A DNA stretch of 63,612 bases, the filler included, from Octopus bimaculoides (lineage: Eukaryota): NCBI RefSeq assembly GCF_001194135.2. It is 7 parts of 7 records of this genome, joined end to end, with 100 filler letters (N's around TTAATTAATTAA, not from the genome) between each part and the next. Parts side by side here need not be neighbours in the genome. Positions count along the whole stretch, not along the records: positions 58,207 to 63,612 come from NC_068997.1; 6 more parts are not named here. The stretch is one strand, 5' to 3'. This document shows positions 61,291 to 63,612 of the stretch, one piece after another. The notes under the pieces were generated by a model that was not told the origin of the DNA, did no database searches, and saw nothing but the letters and a program-made list of their open reading frames with translations. Numbering within the stretch: position 1 is the stretch's first letter; each line of letters starts with the position of its first letter. The position numbers and the translations under genes were made by a program.

Positions 61291-63437
61291 TCTCTTTCAC
61301 CTCACATCACACTTTTGAATAATGAGAGCCTTCGAGATTGGTATTTGGGAGCAAAGTTTCCTCATATCAGACCTGGAAAAATGTTTACAAAAGAGTTAAC
61401 TCTGCTTAATCTACCAGATGGTCACGTGATAGCGCTCGTCCAAAGTGGAATTTGAACTCAGAACGAAAAGAGCCAGAACAAATATTGCACGACTTCACAT
61501 CTGATACTAAAATGGTTCGGCTATTCCACCTTCCTAGATGGGTACTTTATGTATAGATCCGAGATGGGTAGAAGGCAAAGTTGACTTTAGCAAGAATTGA
61601 ACTAGGAGCAGCAAGGCAGAAAGAGTGCAGCAAGGTTTCAACGACACTGGCAATTACATCATGTATATCATTCGTCTTTAATTCCTTTCATCATTTAATT
61701 GTTCACAGCTCAAGCAACAATACTACTTTCTTTCTCTCCTTCTTTTACAGACTTGAGATCAAAACGCCAGTCACTTCATTTTTCATGACAAATGATCTTA
61801 AACACTCTAATCAAACTTTTCAATTGATTAATTATTGCTGACACAGGTCCTCATCAGTTTCATAGGGTTTGTATTTTTCTCTCAGATATTTTCCCTTAGA
61901 TTTGCCTTCCCAGAATTTGCATAACATCAAAGTTGAACTTATTTCCTATCTCTCTGGAAACGCAATAGACTATACTACCGTTTTATAGAATTCGATAATT
62001 TAGCCATATAAGAAATAAATATTTCGAATCACATCGATTTCCTATATAATTTTTATTTTAACGACAGACTTAGATAAACTTCAATAGCTTCAACATTTTC
62101 ACAAATTAACGTCGAAGTTACACCAATATTCTCTCGATATGTTTTTGTAATAGCTTATTATTATTTAATCAGTCATTCACTTCTCTGAATGCTGAATACG
62201 TTAGAATTCTCATCGAGTCCAGTTTGTAGTGCAATGTGGTTTTGTTGAATTTTTATTCAAAGTTTGATACGAAGACGCACACTTACACCCACGCGAAGAC
62301 ACACGCACGCCCACAGGAGCATGAATTCACATACACGAACAATACTCATATGCAAACGTTAAATACTCACACTAGCTTATATTACAGGTCCCAGTGTAGA
62401 TCTCTTCCTCTCTATATGTATATGCCTCTCTCTGTATATTTATTTGTGTGTGTGTATGCATAAATGTATAAAATCGTATGTTTTATCCACAATGGACAAA
62501 TCATGTGTGTATGTGTGCGTGTGTGTGTGTGTATTTATGTATATCTATACATACACACACAGACATGCACAGTATATGACCTGTCCATTGTCGATAAAAG
62601 ATGCGCAAAATTTTATATATACATACATACACACACATATCAAGAGAAAGAAAGAGAGGGAGTGAGTGTGTGTATTCGTAAGCATTTATATATATACAAA
62701 GGTGCACATACGAGTACACACTCACACACACATTCACGTTTGCATTCACAGAAAAACCTGTACTACGTACTTCACACCGAACGTTCTGAAGACTTTTTTT
62801 TACGTTACTAATTAGCTATATCTCTGCAAATATTTAATAGGTTACTTTTGATGTTTCACCTAACTAGATGGTCTTGAAGAAGTCGAAACATTTTTTACCA
62901 CTTTATATCTTGCCTGATAAATATATACATATATATATATTAAGTCTCAAAAAGGTATAAAAAGTTGTTTTAAAAAATACAAAGAAGAAATAGAAAATGT
63001 ACTACAAACCACTTTAGGCTGATCTACTTCAACTTAGAAATGCTTAAAAAGTTACAGAAGAAAAAATAATTAGTATATTCCACAGAAGAACTTGTAATTT
63101 TTTTGTTCTGTTTTGCTTCTTTTACTATATCCCCTAGAGGTAAGTAGCTGATGGTTGTATAACATATTTTTACTATTTGTAATATTTCTTTCGTCAACCA
63201 TACTAATAACAATTTAGCAGGAATAACATAAATATTAAAAAAAAAATAAAATAACGACCCCTTGTAAATACATCGAAGAGAAAATCTTTGCAAAAGAGCA
63301 GCTGTTCAATTCGCAGTCTACTTTCTCATACTTTACTTTCTGCTTGTCCATTTCTTTAGCTACAACATCTCTTACATAGACATTTTGACGCGGTCTGTGC
63401 CTGAGTGTGTGTGTGTTTGGATGTGTGTGTATTTGTG

Positions 63438-63468
<31 letters not shown>

Positions 63469-63581
63469 TATATATGATAGACAGTAAGAGAAAGAACGCG
63501 GCAAAGTGTCTCTGTCAGAAATGTGATAACGAAAGAAATGAATTACATACATACATACATACATATATACATATATGTATG

Positions 63582-63612
<31 letters not shown>

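Noticed and set aside
63235-63400. Minus-strand peptide RQNVYVRDVVAKEMDKQKVKYEKVDCELNSCSF as an upstream exon of the beta-propeller gene
   Set aside because: The acceptor is a CA microsatellite with no pyrimidine tract, the donor is ambiguous, and no domain is recognisable.

Overview
AT-rich, repeat-saturated animal genomic DNA. The repeat spectrum (tRNA-SINEs, RTE 3' ends with (GAT)n tails, mixed microsatellites) looks like a coleoid cephalopod/octopus draft assembly; this is inference. There are many N gaps, six of them carrying an artificial N44-TTAATTAATTAA-N44 spacer. No CRISPR array, rRNA, intact tRNA gene or intact autonomous transposon was seen. Host genes I can support: (1) the 3' part of a + strand multi-exon gene ending in a telobox-type Myb domain, i.e. 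a TRF/TERF-like telomere-binding protein (exons 6771-6925, <=10465-10493, 11236-11296, 11401-11438, 14726-15018; the last four splice in frame); (2) a - strand ORF/exon at 52504-52019 (or 51938) encoding an NHL-like beta-propeller of unknown family. The rest is mostly TE debris: RTE, CR1-group, L1/Tx1, R4/Dong-like and CRE-like non-LTR fragments, Penelope-like remnants, mariner, piggyBac, hAT and Tigger-like MITEs, and three or four SINE families. There are also two large simple satellites, a 2.7 kb AT-only block and a 4.4 kb CpG-dense (ACGA/ACGT)n block. Most interesting leads: several hammerhead-ribozyme-like cores, including one in the tail of a tRNA-headed SINE and three in the inverted repeats of a Penelope-like remnant; the possible CpG-deamination relationship between the two satellites; a conserved 3' stem-loop in two Dong-like fragments; and TE-derived inverted repeats flanking an in-frame skippable exon pair of the TRF-like gene. 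All protein-family calls come from motif recognition by eye, not database searches.
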